Virus record (IMG/VR): IMGVR_UViG_3300031951_000015
Coordinates: 110,668 to 174,667 of that record
Source of the DNA: a virus
Direction: 5' to 3' (one strand)
Length of the DNA: 64,000 nt
In this document: in pieces, positions 38,453 through 47,900 of the stretch
How positions within the stretch are numbered: position 1 is the stretch's first letter
Layout: the number at the start of each line of letters is the position of its first letter
The notes under the pieces: model-generated
Database searches by the model: none
What the model was told of the DNA's origin: nothing
Seen by the model: only the letters and a program-made list of their open reading frames with translations
Translations under genes and position numbers: made by a program

Positions 38453-38824
38453 TCAAGATGCATTATTCCTTCTGGGACGATAGGCAAATAGATTCGTAGG
38501 AGGATCTGGTTTCATCCATTCTTCTATTTTATTCAATCTATCTTCACTATAAAAATCTTGCTGAACATACCACAACTTCCAGTACTCGTGCCCCTTCGAT
38601 TGATTGCAATCGTGGCAGCAGCATACTACATTTTTTGTAAAGTCTGCACCACCTTTGGATTGGGGGACAATATGATCAATTGTGAGTTTCTCTTCCGACC
38701 CACAATAGGCACATTGATGTCCCCATTCTTCTTTTATATTTTGCCTCCACATTCGTTTCGCCTCACCAGAACTTGTTACATGTAAATTAAACAAGTATTC
38801 TTTTGGAGAATGTAGAGGTCCCAT
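38453..38824 (-). CDS. small HNH endonuclease-domain protein
   Basis: CAYCG...LTIDHIVP.SKGG....N....C..CN..K. Confidence 0.85.
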   Translation of the reverse strand: MGPLHSPKEYLFNLHVTSSGEAKRMWRQNIKEEWGHQCAYCGSEEKLTIDHIVPQSKGGADFTKNVVCCCHDCNQSKGHEYWKLWYVQQDFYSEDRLNKIEEWMKPDPPTNLFAYRPRRNNAS

Positions 38825-38827
38825 AAG

Positions 38828-39028
38828 TTATTGCAACTTATCTGTATTTATCTTTTTACAAGCACCTCTTGCCCAAGCACGACTTAAACTATTCACGTAA
38901 GAACACGCTTTTTGTTTCTTTCCACAATACGGACATTCCGCGTCTGGGGGATCTACAATGTATCCATCAGGCGTATACATCCTTTTCTTTTTTTGATTCT
39001 CAGATTGTTTTCTTTTTCGATGATTCAT
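38828..39028 (-). CDS. hypothetical Cys-rich protein
   Basis: CPYCG...C...C; ATGA overlap with upstream ORF. Confidence 0.6.
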   Translation of the reverse strand: MNHRKRKQSENQKKKRMYTPDGYIVDPPDAECPYCGKKQKACSYVNSLSRAWARGACKKINTDKLQ

Positions 39029-39339
39029 ATAATCACAGGTTGCCCTTGACCTTCAGGAAGTTTGATCTGAGGCAGTTGATTAATTTTGTCAACCATCCAT
39101 TCTTCCTGATGTTGCTTATAAGGTTCTGTATTGATTGCTATTTCATTAGTTGGTAGTGCTTTGGGCATTTCAATGTCAATTACTGGACTCATCAGGGTTT
39201 TGTTTTTTACAATCTCACGATTTGGTCCGTCTAGATGCATCATCATTCTTGCATCTTCAAAATTACCACAATCACAAATTTTTTTATGAGTTCTTCTTTC
39301 TCTTACTGTGAAATAATCTTCACTGTTGTACTTGTTCAT
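39025..39339 (-). CDS. conserved cyanophage hypothetical protein
   Basis: ORF track; KICDCG...DA.MM. Confidence 0.65.
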   Translation of the reverse strand: MNKYNSEDYFTVRERRTHKKICDCGNFEDARMMMHLDGPNREIVKNKTLMSPVIDIEMPKALPTNEIAINTEPYKQHQEEWMVDKINQLPQIKLPEGQGQPVII

Positions 39340-39448
39340 TGTCTTGTTCCTTTTCCGTATTATACTCTCTTTTCATCGGCCTGTAAAGTTGGGGCCAAGT
39401 GTCCTGAATGATTTCTGCAAGTTTATAAGGTGTTTCTGATGTAATCAT
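39320..39448 (-). CDS. small hypothetical protein (42 aa)
   Basis: Manual translation MITSETPYKLAEIIQDTWPQLYRP... Confidence 0.55.
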   Translation of the reverse strand: MITSETPYKLAEIIQDTWPQLYRPMKREYNTEKEQDNEQVQQ

Positions 39449-39520
39449 AAGTCTTGTAATACTGATAATATAAACATAAAAAATCCAAATGCTATGAATG
39501 AAAAAAGCATAAAGAACATA

Positions 39521-39543
39521 AAAAAAGGAGTTCGGAGAACTCC
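39521..39543 (-). terminator. psbD terminator
   Basis: GGAGTTC-TCC-GAACTCC plus T-run. Confidence 0.8.
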
Positions 39544-39553
39544 CTTATTTATT

Positions 39554-40615
39554 TTAGAGTGCGTTTCCTCTGGGAAGAACCTCTTCTGGAAAAACAAATC
39601 GTTCGTGGGGTTGATCTACTGGAGCCATCCAAGCACGAATGCCCTCGTTGAGCAGTATATTTTTAGAATAAAAAGTTTCAAATTCCGGATCCTCCGCAGC
39701 ACGAATCTCCTGACTTACAAAGTCATAAGCCCTCAAATTCAAACCCAAACCGATAATACCAATAGAAGAAGTCCACAAACCCATAACAGGAACAAAGAGC
39801 ATAAAGAAGTGAAGCCAACGCTTATTACTAAAAGCAATTCCAAAGATTTGCGACCAGTAACGGTTAGCAGTAACCATTGAATAGGTTTCCTCTTCTTGTG
39901 TGGGTTCAAACCCTTTGAAAGTATTTGAAGCATCACCATCTTCATAAAGTGTGTTTTCTACAGTTGCTCCGTGAATCGCACAGAGCAGTGCTCCACCCAG
40001 TATACCAGCAACTCCCATCATATGGAAGGGGTTGAGGGTCCAGTTGTGGAAACCTTGTAGGAAGAGCAGGAAACGGAAGATCGCTGCCACACCAAAGGAA
40101 GGAGCGAAGAACCAGCTGGATTGCCCCAGAGGATACATCAGGAAGACGCTCACGAAGACTGCAATGGGTCCAGAGAAGGCAATCGCATTGTAGGGTCTGA
40201 TGCCCACCAGGCGGGCGATCTCGAACTGACGCAACATGAATCCAATCAGGCTGAAAGCCCCGTGGAGCGCCACAAAAGGCCAGAGTCCCCCAAGTTGGCA
40301 CCACCTGACGAAATCCCCTTGAGACTCAGGACCCCAAAGTAGAAGAAGAGAATGACCCATAGCATCTGCAGGCGTTGACACAGCAGCCGTAAGGAAATTA
40401 GCCCCTTCAAGATAACTAGACGCCAACCCGTGGGTGTACCAGCTCGTAACAAACGTTGTGCCAGTAAGCCAGCCACCAAGGGCAAGATAAGCAGTGGGAA
40501 AAAGTAATAGTCCAGACCAACCCACAAATACAAAGCGATCTCGTTTAAGCCAGTCATCCAGGACATCGAACCATCCTCGTTGCGAAATTGGTTGTGAAAG
40601 AGTAGAAGAAGTCAT
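39554..40615 (-). CDS. psbD: photosystem II D2 protein
   Basis: [23 protein letters not shown]...[11 protein letters not shown]. Confidence 0.99.
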   Translation of the reverse strand: MTSSTLSQPISQRGWFDVLDDWLKRDRFVFVGWSGLLLFPTAYLALGGWLTGTTFVTSWYTHGLASSYLEGANFLTAAVSTPADAMGHSLLLLWGPESQGDFVRWCQLGGLWPFVALHGAFSLIGFMLRQFEIARLVGIRPYNAIAFSGPIAVFVSVFLMYPLGQSSWFFAPSFGVAAIFRFLLFLQGFHNWTLNPFHMMGVAGILGGALLCAIHGATVENTLYEDGDASNTFKGFEPTQEEETYSMVTANRYWSQIFGIAFSNKRWLHFFMLFVPVMGLWTSSIGIIGLGLNLRAYDFVSQEIRAAEDPEFETFYSKNILLNEGIRAWMAPVDQPHERFVFPEEVLPRGNAL

Positions 40616-40635
40616 AACCTCCTATGTATTTCTCA

Positions 40636-40669
40636 TATTTATCTTAACATTACTTCACAAAGAGGTCAA
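40636..40669 (-). promoter_or_regulatory. psbD promoter: sigma70-type overlapping T4-type late promoter
   Basis: TTGACC-17-TAAGAT fused to GATAAATA. Confidence 0.7.
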
Positions 40670-40794
40670 TGAGTATTAGTACTCATCCCCAATAAATTAC
40701 TGAAAGAGTGAAGACGACAAACACAATAACTGTAAAACCCATCATACCTACTCCTGCCCAGATAACCCAGTCTTCCATAGGTTCGTGTTGATTA

Positions 40795-41310
40795 TTATGA
40801 GACATTGGTTTCGTGTTTTTCCAAATATGAGTGAAGGTCCTTCAAATGTTCCGTTGCTTGTTTCCAGTCACCATCAAACCTTTCATTCAGGAGGTCATAC
40901 ATTTTAGTAGCACTATCACTAGTCATTCCGTTTTGGGACATATGAGTCACAAAGTCTTGTTTGTTCATAATTAAAAATAGTAGAATTGTAATTTTTGTTT
41001 TTCTTCTTTCACCCATATGAGGAAAGATAGATTTTAATAGAGAAGGAAGACGTATTTTGCCATTACATCCAACTCTGTAAAGTAACTTACGATTGCCCCT
41101 TTTGTCTTGATAAGTTCTAACACTCTTGGATTGAAATAAAGATGCTACTCTATAAACAACATCCTTATCAGTCATTTGAAGGTGAACGTATGGGTCATAA
41201 TAAAATTTTACGTCACCCGTAGATTTGAGTGTGTATTTTCTTTTATTATACCCAAAGTGTCCTTCACCTTCAAGTATTCCTGCCAACCAAGCAGCATCAA
41301 TATCAGACAT
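40795..41310 (-). mobile_element. LAGLIDADG-like free-standing homing endonuclease between psbA and psbD
   Basis: AAWLAGILEGEG helix, MTD.DV..RV...F, L..I.P.M..R motifs. Confidence 0.8.
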
Positions 41311-41336
41311 AAAAAAGAGGGGTGTTTATTCCCCTC
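41311..41336 (-). terminator. psbA terminator abutting endonuclease start codon
   Basis: GAGGGG-N8-CCCCTC-TTTTTT-ATG. Confidence 0.8.
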
Positions 41337-41363
41337 TCATTATACTAGGTTTTTCCTAATAAA

Positions 41364-42443
41364 TCAACCGATGGTTGGAGCAGTCAGAGCAACAGGAGTG
41401 TTCTGTGCAGCAGCGAGGTCCAACGGAAAATTGTGGGCGTTACGTTCATGCATAACTTCCATTCCGAGTCCTGCACGATTGAGTACATCAGCCCAGGTAT
41501 TAAGTACACGACCTTGTGAGTCAATGATGCTCTGGTTAAAGTTGAAGCCATTCAAATTGAAGGCCATAGTGCTCACACCAAGAGCAGTGAACCAGATGCC
41601 TACAACAGGCCAGCTAGCAAGGAAGAAGTGCAGCGAACGGGAGTTATTAAAGGAGGCATATTGAAAAATAAGGCGTCCAAAATAACCGTGAGCAGCAACG
41701 ATGTTATAGGTCTCTTCTTCTTGACCGAACTTGTAACCATAGTTCTGTGACTCTTGCTCAGTGGTTTCACGAACCAGTGAGGAAGTAACCAGAGAACCGT
41801 GCATAGCACTGAACAGAGAACCACCGAAGACACCAGCAACACCAAGCATGTGGAAGGGGTGCATCAGGATGTTGTGCTCTGCCTGGAACACAAGCATGTA
41901 GTTGAAAGTACCAGAGATACCCAGAGGCATTGCATCAGAGAAAGAACCTTGACCGAAAGGATAGACCAGGAACACTGCGCTAGCAGCAGCAACAGGTGCC
42001 GAGTAGGCAACACAAATCCAAGGACGCATACCAAGACGGTAAGAAAGTTCCCACTCACGACCCATATAAGCATAGATGCCGATGAGGAAGTGGAATACAA
42101 CAAGTTGGAAAGGACCACCGTTGTAGAGCCACTCATCCAGGGAAGCAGCTTCCCAGATGGGATAAAAGTGCAGTCCAATAGCGTTGGACGAAGGGATAAC
42201 AGCACCAGAGATGATGTTGTTTCCGTACATCAGAGAACCAGCAACGGGTTCACGGATGCCATCGATGTCCACAGGAGGAGCAGCGATGAACGCAACAATG
42301 AAACAGATGGTAGCAGCGAGAAGGGTTGGAATCATTAGAGTTCCGAACCAACCAACATACAAACGATTGTCGGTTGAAGTGACCCACTGACAGAACTGTT
42401 CCCAAGTATTTGATTGTCGTTGTTGTGCAATTGAAGCAGTCAT
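41364..42443 (-). CDS. psbA: photosystem II D1 protein
   Basis: [11 protein letters not shown]...[13 protein letters not shown]; uninterrupted. Confidence 0.99.
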   Translation of the reverse strand: MTASIAQQRQSNTWEQFCQWVTSTDNRLYVGWFGTLMIPTLLAATICFIVAFIAAPPVDIDGIREPVAGSLMYGNNIISGAVIPSSNAIGLHFYPIWEAASLDEWLYNGGPFQLVVFHFLIGIYAYMGREWELSYRLGMRPWICVAYSAPVAAASAVFLVYPFGQGSFSDAMPLGISGTFNYMLVFQAEHNILMHPFHMLGVAGVFGGSLFSAMHGSLVTSSLVRETTEQESQNYGYKFGQEEETYNIVAAHGYFGRLIFQYASFNNSRSLHFFLASWPVVGIWFTALGVSTMAFNLNGFNFNQSIIDSQGRVLNTWADVLNRAGLGMEVMHERNAHNFPLDLAAAQNTPVALTAPTIG

Positions 42444-42458
42444 TGTTTTTAAAAGAGT

Positions 42459-42560
42459 AGTAAGACCATCAGGGAAATGGTGGAGTTACTATTCCCCAGT
42501 CACCCTCAGACTGGGTATGAGAGACGTTCTTATACACCCATAGGTCTCGGTTAACGGGTG
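42459..42560 (-). ncRNA. PhotoRC-II-like structured psbA leader
   Basis: GAGAC/GTCTC, CCCAGTC/GACTGGG and ACCAT/ATGGT stems with GAGGG and TCCCT loop sequences; position 5' of phage psbA. Confidence 0.7.
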
Positions 42561-42606
42561 TTTAACAATGTAACGAATTATGAGAGATCCGTAACATTTG
42601 TTTACC

Positions 42607-42640
42607 TATTTATCATACTACGGTTTGCCGTCCGTGTCAA
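42607..42640 (-). promoter_or_regulatory. psbA promoter: sigma70 plus overlapping late promoter
   Basis: TTGACA-17-TATGAT fused to GATAAATA. Confidence 0.85.
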
Positions 42641-42765
42641 GCCTTTTCGGGAAAATTTTTCCAAGTGACCCCAGTATTTTTAAGTTCTTCGTCAAGGTTC
42701 TTTATCTTTTTATCCAAATCTTTTGATGGTTTAGAATACTTGATAGCTTTTTTAAAAATTCCCAT
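42637..42765 (-). CDS. small Lys-rich ORF, possibly truncated remnant (42 aa)
   Basis: MGIFKKAIKYSKPSKDLDKKIKNLDEELKNTG...; late promoter upstream; stop inside psbA -35 box. Confidence 0.45.
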   Translation of the reverse strand: MGIFKKAIKYSKPSKDLDKKIKNLDEELKNTGVTWKNFPEKA

Positions 42766-42801
42766 TAAGTATTAACGTCTTTTTACCTTATCAAGTATTT
42801 A

Positions 42802-42966
42802 TTATACCCTATATTCATCAATCTTGTCTAAAACTTTATTGAGATATTGATGTGCTAACCACTTTGGATCATATCCGGATTTGTTCATCCACTCTTTATC
42901 CAGGTCATTTTTTATTTTAAGAACTTCACATTTTATTATATCCTTTGTCAACTGTCCTCTTGGCAT
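42802..42966 (-). CDS. conserved cyanophage hypothetical protein (54 aa)
   Basis: MPRGQLTK...KWLAHQYLNKVLDKIDEYR. Confidence 0.65.
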   Translation of the reverse strand: MPRGQLTKDIIKCEVLKIKNDLDKEWMNKSGYDPKWLAHQYLNKVLDKIDEYRV

Positions 42967-42972
42967 AATACT

Positions 42973-43002
42973 AAAAAACTCTGCTCAATATTTAGAGCAG
43001 AG
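42973..43002 (-). terminator. intrinsic terminator
   Basis: CTCTGCTC-N8-GAGCAGAG-TTTTTT. Confidence 0.8.
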
Positions 43003-43024
43003 TTTCAAGTTATCTCTTATTATT

Positions 43025-43552
43025 TCAGACTTGTGCGGTTTCCCTCACAGTTGACTTCACGTAATCGAGAACCATTTCTGGAGTAGTCGCTTCGTAAGGG
43101 TCGGTGTCGGCATTGTCCCGTTGCCCCTCCTCAACGAATAGTTTCTCGATGATTCCGTTATCCACGACCGCAGCATAACGCCAAGAGCGACTGCCGAAAC
43201 CAAGGTTAGACTTAGTGACGAGCATACCCATAGAACGTGTGAAATATGCATTACCGTCTGGAATGAGTTTTACTTTCTCAATGTTCTGGTCTTGCGCCCA
43301 AGCATTCATCACAAACCCATCATTAACAGAGATGCAGTAAATAGCATCGATGCCACTACCAATAAAGTCGTCGTATTTCTCTTCGAATCCAGGTAACTGA
43401 TAGGCACTGCAAGTAGGAGTGAAAGCACCAGGCAGGCTAAAAATGACCACACGCTTTCCATTGAATAGATCAGCAGTTGTTCTATTTACAAACTCACCAG
43501 ACTCACGAAACACAAACTCGACCTGAGGAACTTGATATTGTTCTTTACGCAT
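43025..43552 (-). CDS. type II (PRX5-like) peroxiredoxin
   Basis: LPGAFTPTCS, SVND.FVM.AW, RSWRYA; GGAGG RBS before MRKEQ. Confidence 0.92.
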   Translation of the reverse strand: MRKEQYQVPQVEFVFRESGEFVNRTTADLFNGKRVVIFSLPGAFTPTCSAYQLPGFEEKYDDFIGSGIDAIYCISVNDGFVMNAWAQDQNIEKVKLIPDGNAYFTRSMGMLVTKSNLGFGSRSWRYAAVVDNGIIEKLFVEEGQRDNADTDPYEATTPEMVLDYVKSTVRETAQV

Positions 43553-43563
43553 TTTAACCTCCA

Positions 43564-43683
43564 TCAGAACACGCCGGGAATGATTTGCCCAGTAGCGAGA
43601 TAGGAACCCATAGCTGCTACGATTCCGATCATCGCTGCCCATCCATTAATACGTTCTGCCTTTTCAGTAAAAATTTTGTTCAT
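43564..43683 (-). CDS. hli: high-light-inducible protein (39 aa)
   Basis: Manual translation MNKIFTEKAERINGWAAMIGIVAAMGSYLATGQIIPGVF. Confidence 0.9.
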   Translation of the reverse strand: MNKIFTEKAERINGWAAMIGIVAAMGSYLATGQIIPGVF

Positions 43684-43694
43684 TGTTTTTCTCC

Positions 43695-43883
43695 TTATTT
43701 TACTTTGGAATAGATAGATGTCTCACCATAATCACGGTGAATTTTATACCCAACAACTGCACCCTTCGTATTCATCAAAGCAGGCATAAAAGCAATTGTA
43801 AAAAATACTGCTGGTGCTCCAATAAAGAGAGCAGCAACAATCACATAATAAGTCAGCAGTTCAATTAGAGAGTGTTCCATCAT
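43695..43883 (-). CDS. small membrane protein
   Basis: TM segment then FMPALMNTKG..VGYK. Confidence 0.65.
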   Translation of the reverse strand: MMEHSLIELLTYYVIVAALFIGAPAVFFTIAFMPALMNTKGAVVGYKIHRDYGETSIYSKVK

Positions 43884-44139
43884 AGGGGTGTTGTTGTTTT
43901 AGTTCAGGATTTGGTTGCGAAGGAACAACAGGGTTCCTTGACTTGTTTTTAATTACGATGAAAGCATCGTTTTGATAAGACACGGTTCCAAATGGTTTTG
44001 CCCATTTTGGATTTGCATTTGGACTGGTAGCAGTTCCTGTTACTGCTACTCCACCAATTTCAACAGAGATGTCGTCATCTGCATCCCATTCAAGTTTTTC
44101 AAGGGCAATAGCAAATTGCCCCAACATTCCAGCGGTCAC
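43861..44139 (-). CDS. conserved hypothetical protein
   Basis: [20 protein letters not shown]. Confidence 0.65.
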   Translation of the reverse strand: MTAGMLGQFAIALEKLEWDADDDISVEIGGVAVTGTATSPNANPKWAKPFGTVSYQNDAFIVIKNKSRNPVVPSQPNPELKQQHPYDGTLSN

Positions 44140-44429
44140 AGATTCTCTTCCTGCTCAGTGAGGATTACACAATCACTGGTGGGATATGCTACACAGGTAA
44201 GCACCCAACCATCGGCAATCTGATCGTCATCCAGGAAAGACTGCTCCTCATTATCCACAGTACCACTAATCAGTTTACCAGCACAAGCAGAGCAAGCACC
44301 TGCCTTACAGGATGAAGGGAGGTCAACACCTGCCTCTTCTGCTGCTTCAAGAATGTATTGATCATCAGGACACTGGATAGTAGTCTCAGTGCCATCGGGG
44401 GTTTGGAGCGTAACGTTATAGACGGTCAT
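44136..44429 (-). CDS. petF: plant-type [2Fe-2S] ferredoxin
   Basis: [13 protein letters not shown]...LTCVAYP. Confidence 0.97.
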   Translation of the reverse strand: MTVYNVTLQTPDGTETTIQCPDDQYILEAAEEAGVDLPSSCKAGACSACAGKLISGTVDNEEQSFLDDDQIADGWVLTCVAYPTSDCVILTEQEENL

Positions 44430-44515
44430 TAGTAAGTCTCACAAAGTTTTTCTACGGATGCTGCCAACAAAACGAAGAAGGCAACGGATGTCATTGTAAA
44501 GAAGATTGAAGTCAT
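44429..44515 (-). CDS. small hydrophobic peptide (28 aa)
   Basis: [28 protein letters not shown]; TAATG overlap with petF. Confidence 0.5.
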   Translation of the reverse strand: MTSIFFTMTSVAFFVLLAASVEKLCETY

Positions 44516-44524
44516 TGTCAACCC

Positions 44525-44719
44525 TTAGAAGATCCCGAAGAAGAAGTTGCCAGTGAGAGCATAAGAAATGACCCCAGCAACAATGCCGACCATAGCCCAG
44601 CGTCCATTTGTGCGCTCCTTAATTTCGTTGGGAGTCATCATCCCATAGTTCTCATAGTACATAACGGGTTCTTTGGCAAACATATTTTGTTGCCCGTACT
44701 CATTAGTTGTTACAGTCAT
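44525..44719 (-). CDS. hli: high-light-inducible protein
   Basis: NMFAKEP...ERTNGRWAMVG...TGNFFFGIF. Confidence 0.92.
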   Translation of the reverse strand: MTVTTNEYGQQNMFAKEPVMYYENYGMMTPNEIKERTNGRWAMVGIVAGVISYALTGNFFFGIF

Positions 44720-44728
44720 TGTAAATTC

Positions 44729-44785
44729 GTTAAGAATTGTTACACAATTATATAGCAAAAATAAAGGGGTGTCAAGCACCCCTTT
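44729..44785 (-). promoter_or_regulatory. sigma70 promoter in terminator hairpin with downstream HLR1-like direct repeat
   Basis: TTGACA(44775..44770)-17-TATAAT(44752..44747); + strand GTTAAGAA-TT-GTTACACA at 44729..44746. Confidence 0.7.
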
Positions 44786-44819
44786 GTTCGGATATCATAA
44801 CATTTTTAAGTATAAATGC

Positions 44820-45617
44820 TTACTGTTTATCCTCAACTCCAGGAGGAAGTCTACCAAGATAAGGATTATAGTCAAAAAATTGATTCCAGTCTGAAATATT
44901 TGCAGACTCATTTCTCCAAAACTGCCACAGACCATCATGACTGCTACGATGAAATACATCTACGTGAATGTCATGAATATCAGATCCCAAATCAATCTTA
45001 TACAAGAACAGTGGGATAGCAAAAGTATTTCCAGAGTTATAGATCAAATCATCTGCCACAGCACGAGGTTTGACTCCTTGATCGAGTTTATACTTATCAC
45101 CACGACAATGAAGACGAATTAACTTTTCAGCGTGGTGCCTAGTAATCATATAACAGGCAGTTGAAAAATCATTTACAAATCTTTTATGCATCTGAACATG
45201 AACAGATGCAGGATTAATGATTGCCAATTGGATTACATCATAATCATAAGGGATTTTTGCATAGAAATCTTTCCAAGAAAATCCCCAATGTGCAACTGTA
45301 CTAATATCACAATCATCTTCCATCATTAATGCACAAGGAGCATCAGAGGTTTCCAACCAATGCTTCATTGCTTTTAGATGTGAAGTTACACATCCAACTT
45401 CACCAGATGACATCATATCTGGGTAACGTCCTTTCAGAATGTCACCAAGATCTTTGTCATCTCTACCATCATAAGCAGAAATTCGTTCATAGTTTTCAAT
45501 TTCCCAATACTTAAATTGGTCTTCCATAAACTTTGCCCTATCTGGTTTTTCATCCAGATTGATGTAGTAAATTGGTGGAAGATTTTTAAGTTTATATGCT
45601 GATTTGTTTTTGTCCAT
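44820..45617 (-). CDS. glycosyltransferase family 25-like
   Basis: YYINLD...DR, R.SA.DG, GE.GC..SH, MEDD. Confidence 0.85.
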   Translation of the reverse strand: MDKNKSAYKLKNLPPIYYINLDEKPDRAKFMEDQFKYWEIENYERISAYDGRDDKDLGDILKGRYPDMMSSGEVGCVTSHLKAMKHWLETSDAPCALMMEDDCDISTVAHWGFSWKDFYAKIPYDYDVIQLAIINPASVHVQMHKRFVNDFSTACYMITRHHAEKLIRLHCRGDKYKLDQGVKPRAVADDLIYNSGNTFAIPLFLYKIDLGSDIHDIHVDVFHRSSHDGLWQFWRNESANISDWNQFFDYNPYLGRLPPGVEDKQ

Positions 45618-46363
45618 TATTCAGAAAGAACGCTTTCTATAATTTGTTTAAATACTTTGGTTTTTCCAACAAGAGGATCATCTAATCCTCTCCAATTTGA
45701 ATGCCAGTTAGTTGCTGCGCGATAGTGTAAAAACTTTCCATCCAAATGGAGTTCCATATTATACCCACCAGCATCTTTCTGTAAATCAATATCATTATAA
45801 TGAGTTGGATACTGAACATCAGTTTCCTTCATTTTGATTCCAGTTTTTTTGAAATACCAGTAGGTCATACCACCAACATCTGTCATATGACCTTCAACAA
45901 TACCATCAGAAAAGTCAATATTCTTATCTTCAATCTTAGGCATATTAAAGAACATAATACCATTCCACATATAGGTAACGTGCCCTCTTACCTGCGGAAG
46001 ACCAGCAATAATAGCATCTTCCATATACTCAACAATATTAAACTCATCAATAAGAAACATATCAGAGTCTAGGAAGAATACAACATCTTCATTATGATTC
46101 TTACGAATAATATTATTATAAGTCCACTGAACAGTATCTGCACATGCTTGTGCAGGATTCATAGCAGATGCCCTCGGAGGTTTTTTATAATACTTCAACC
46201 CATTTTCAAAACAAACAGACTGAAATTCAGATTCAGTAGATTCAATAATCGAATCATCTACAATATGAAACTGATATTCATTCTTCAAAAACTTTTTAAA
46301 AAGTCTTTGTTGAAGTTCAACAAAATCAGGTCGGTTAACAACAGAGGTAAAAATATGAATCAT
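45617..46363 (-). CDS. putative glycosyltransferase (GT-A, DxD)
   Basis: FLDSDMF, TDVGG, FLHYR..TNW. Confidence 0.6.
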   Translation of the reverse strand: MIHIFTSVVNRPDFVELQQRLFKKFLKNEYQFHIVDDSIIESTESEFQSVCFENGLKYYKKPPRASAMNPAQACADTVQWTYNNIIRKNHNEDVVFFLDSDMFLIDEFNIVEYMEDAIIAGLPQVRGHVTYMWNGIMFFNMPKIEDKNIDFSDGIVEGHMTDVGGMTYWYFKKTGIKMKETDVQYPTHYNDIDLQKDAGGYNMELHLDGKFLHYRAATNWHSNWRGLDDPLVGKTKVFKQIIESVLSE

Positions 46364-47259
46364 AGTTGTGCAGAAAGCCAATCTTCAAGTTTCATTGACG
46401 GTTCCCAACCAAAAGTCTTACGAAGTTTTTGATTGTTTGCAAGACTCACTCTCGCTTCACCAGGACGAGGGGCAATATTTAATGTTTCATGATCAAACAT
46501 TCTTGCAATCTGATTGATCGAATAGTTGTTTCCAGTTCCAACATTATATACCTGTCCAAATGCTTCTGGATCTGGGTTTGAAATTGCTGCCATAATATTT
46601 GCCTTCACAACATCACCAACGTAAGTAAAGTCACGACGTTGATTTCCATCACCAACGATTGTTAGAGGTTCTCCTGCTGCCCTCTGACGCATAAAAATAC
46701 CAATCACGGGAGCATACTGTCCACGCAGAGGTTGACGCTCACCATAAACGTTGAAATAACGGAAGCACACAGTTTGGAGACCAAACAAATCCGTGTACAT
46801 CTTACACAGTTTCTCACCATTTACCTTAGAAACTGAATATGGATTCAGACAATCATCAGGTTGCGTTTCAATATTCGGAGTTTGATTCAGTCCATATCCA
46901 GAAGATGTGGAAGAATACATCACACGCTTTACGCCAGCTTCACGAGCACATTGAAGAACTGTCACAGTACCAACGGAGTTAATACTGACTGCTTCAATTG
47001 GGTTTTCGATAGCAGGTTGAATCCGTGCCTCTGCTGCAATATGAAACACATAATCTACTCCATCATAGAGTGGACGTGTGTTTTCATAGTCACGGATATC
47101 GTACTTATAGTTTTGTGCCTTATCATTCCAATAAAATTGATCGTGGGCATCAGAATACTCGTTATCAATCACAACAACCTCGTGACCCATTTCAAGTAAA
47201 CGGTCTACAAGGTTTGAACCAATAAATCCAGCACCACCAGTAACTAGTGATTTAGTCAT
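46360..47259 (-). CDS. NAD-dependent nucleotide-sugar epimerase (UDP-glucose 4-epimerase-like)
   Basis: VTGGAGFIGS, YSVSK, RYFNVYG, GDG.Q.RDF.YV. Confidence 0.9.
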   Translation of the reverse strand: MTKSLVTGGAGFIGSNLVDRLLEMGHEVVVIDNEYSDAHDQFYWNDKAQNYKYDIRDYENTRPLYDGVDYVFHIAAEARIQPAIENPIEAVSINSVGTVTVLQCAREAGVKRVMYSSTSSGYGLNQTPNIETQPDDCLNPYSVSKVNGEKLCKMYTDLFGLQTVCFRYFNVYGERQPLRGQYAPVIGIFMRQRAAGEPLTIVGDGNQRRDFTYVGDVVKANIMAAISNPDPEAFGQVYNVGTGNNYSINQIARMFDHETLNIAPRPGEARVSLANNQKLRKTFGWEPSMKLEDWLSAQL

Positions 47260-47900
47260 ACAACTCTCTCAGGTAAAAAGTAATTCTTATTATAATTAAA
47301 GCACTCCTCAGTAGGATAGCTTGTCAAAGGATTCACAGTACCGTGATATCCACTTGTTTGATAGAAGAATGGATCATCAAATGCGTAAACATTGAACCAA
47401 CGCTGTATCTCAGCAAATCCAATATCTTGATAATCTTCAATGATATATCCAGCATGATGACATACCCTCTGGCACATTCTAACATATTCATCGGTTAGAT
47501 ACAAGATAGAATGTCCACCAAGCATATTATATGTCCGATACAGATCATCCTTGATATGTTCGTATTGTACATAAGGTCCAGAATGCCCATTCATTCTACC
47601 CCAGGATGAAATACCAAGATAAACTGCATCAGCATCATCGGGAACTTCAATCTCAGGGCGAAAGTTTTTGATCATACAATCATCTTCAAACAAAACGAAT
47701 GGAGGATCAATTTCTTGCAACCCTTTAAAATGAGCAGCAGAGCATCCAGCAACAGGGCAATCTGGGCGAGGAATACCCTCAACACGAATGATAGTCTTGA
47801 ACCCACACTCTTTGAGAATTTTTTGCATATTCTCATTTTTTTCAGTGTGCTGTTCAAGATTCATATAAACAGCAGGAATTTCTCTAAGATCTAAGTTCAT
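47256..47900 (-). CDS. GT25-like glycosyltransferase
   Basis: YMNL, GC..AH, FEDD, D.VYLG, NML..H.ILY. Confidence 0.7.
   Translation of the reverse strand: MNLDLREIPAVYMNLEQHTEKNENMQKILKECGFKTIIRVEGIPRPDCPVAGCSAAHFKGLQEIDPPFVLFEDDCMIKNFRPEIEVPDDADAVYLGISSWGRMNGHSGPYVQYEHIKDDLYRTYNMLGGHSILYLTDEYVRMCQRVCHHAGYIIEDYQDIGFAEIQRWFNVYAFDDPFFYQTSGYHGTVNPLTSYPTEECFNYNKNYFLPERVV

Noticed and set aside
38453-38824. HNH gene as another guide-cassette homing element
   Set aside because: Small HNH domain without DNA-binding repeats; no CCTG/CAGG cassette upstream.
41364-42443. Group I intron in psbA or psbD
   Set aside because: Both frames are full-length and uninterrupted.
43553-43642. N-terminal extension of peroxiredoxin given in the ORF track
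   Set aside because: Overlaps an hli gene in another frame; GGAGG supports the start at 43552.
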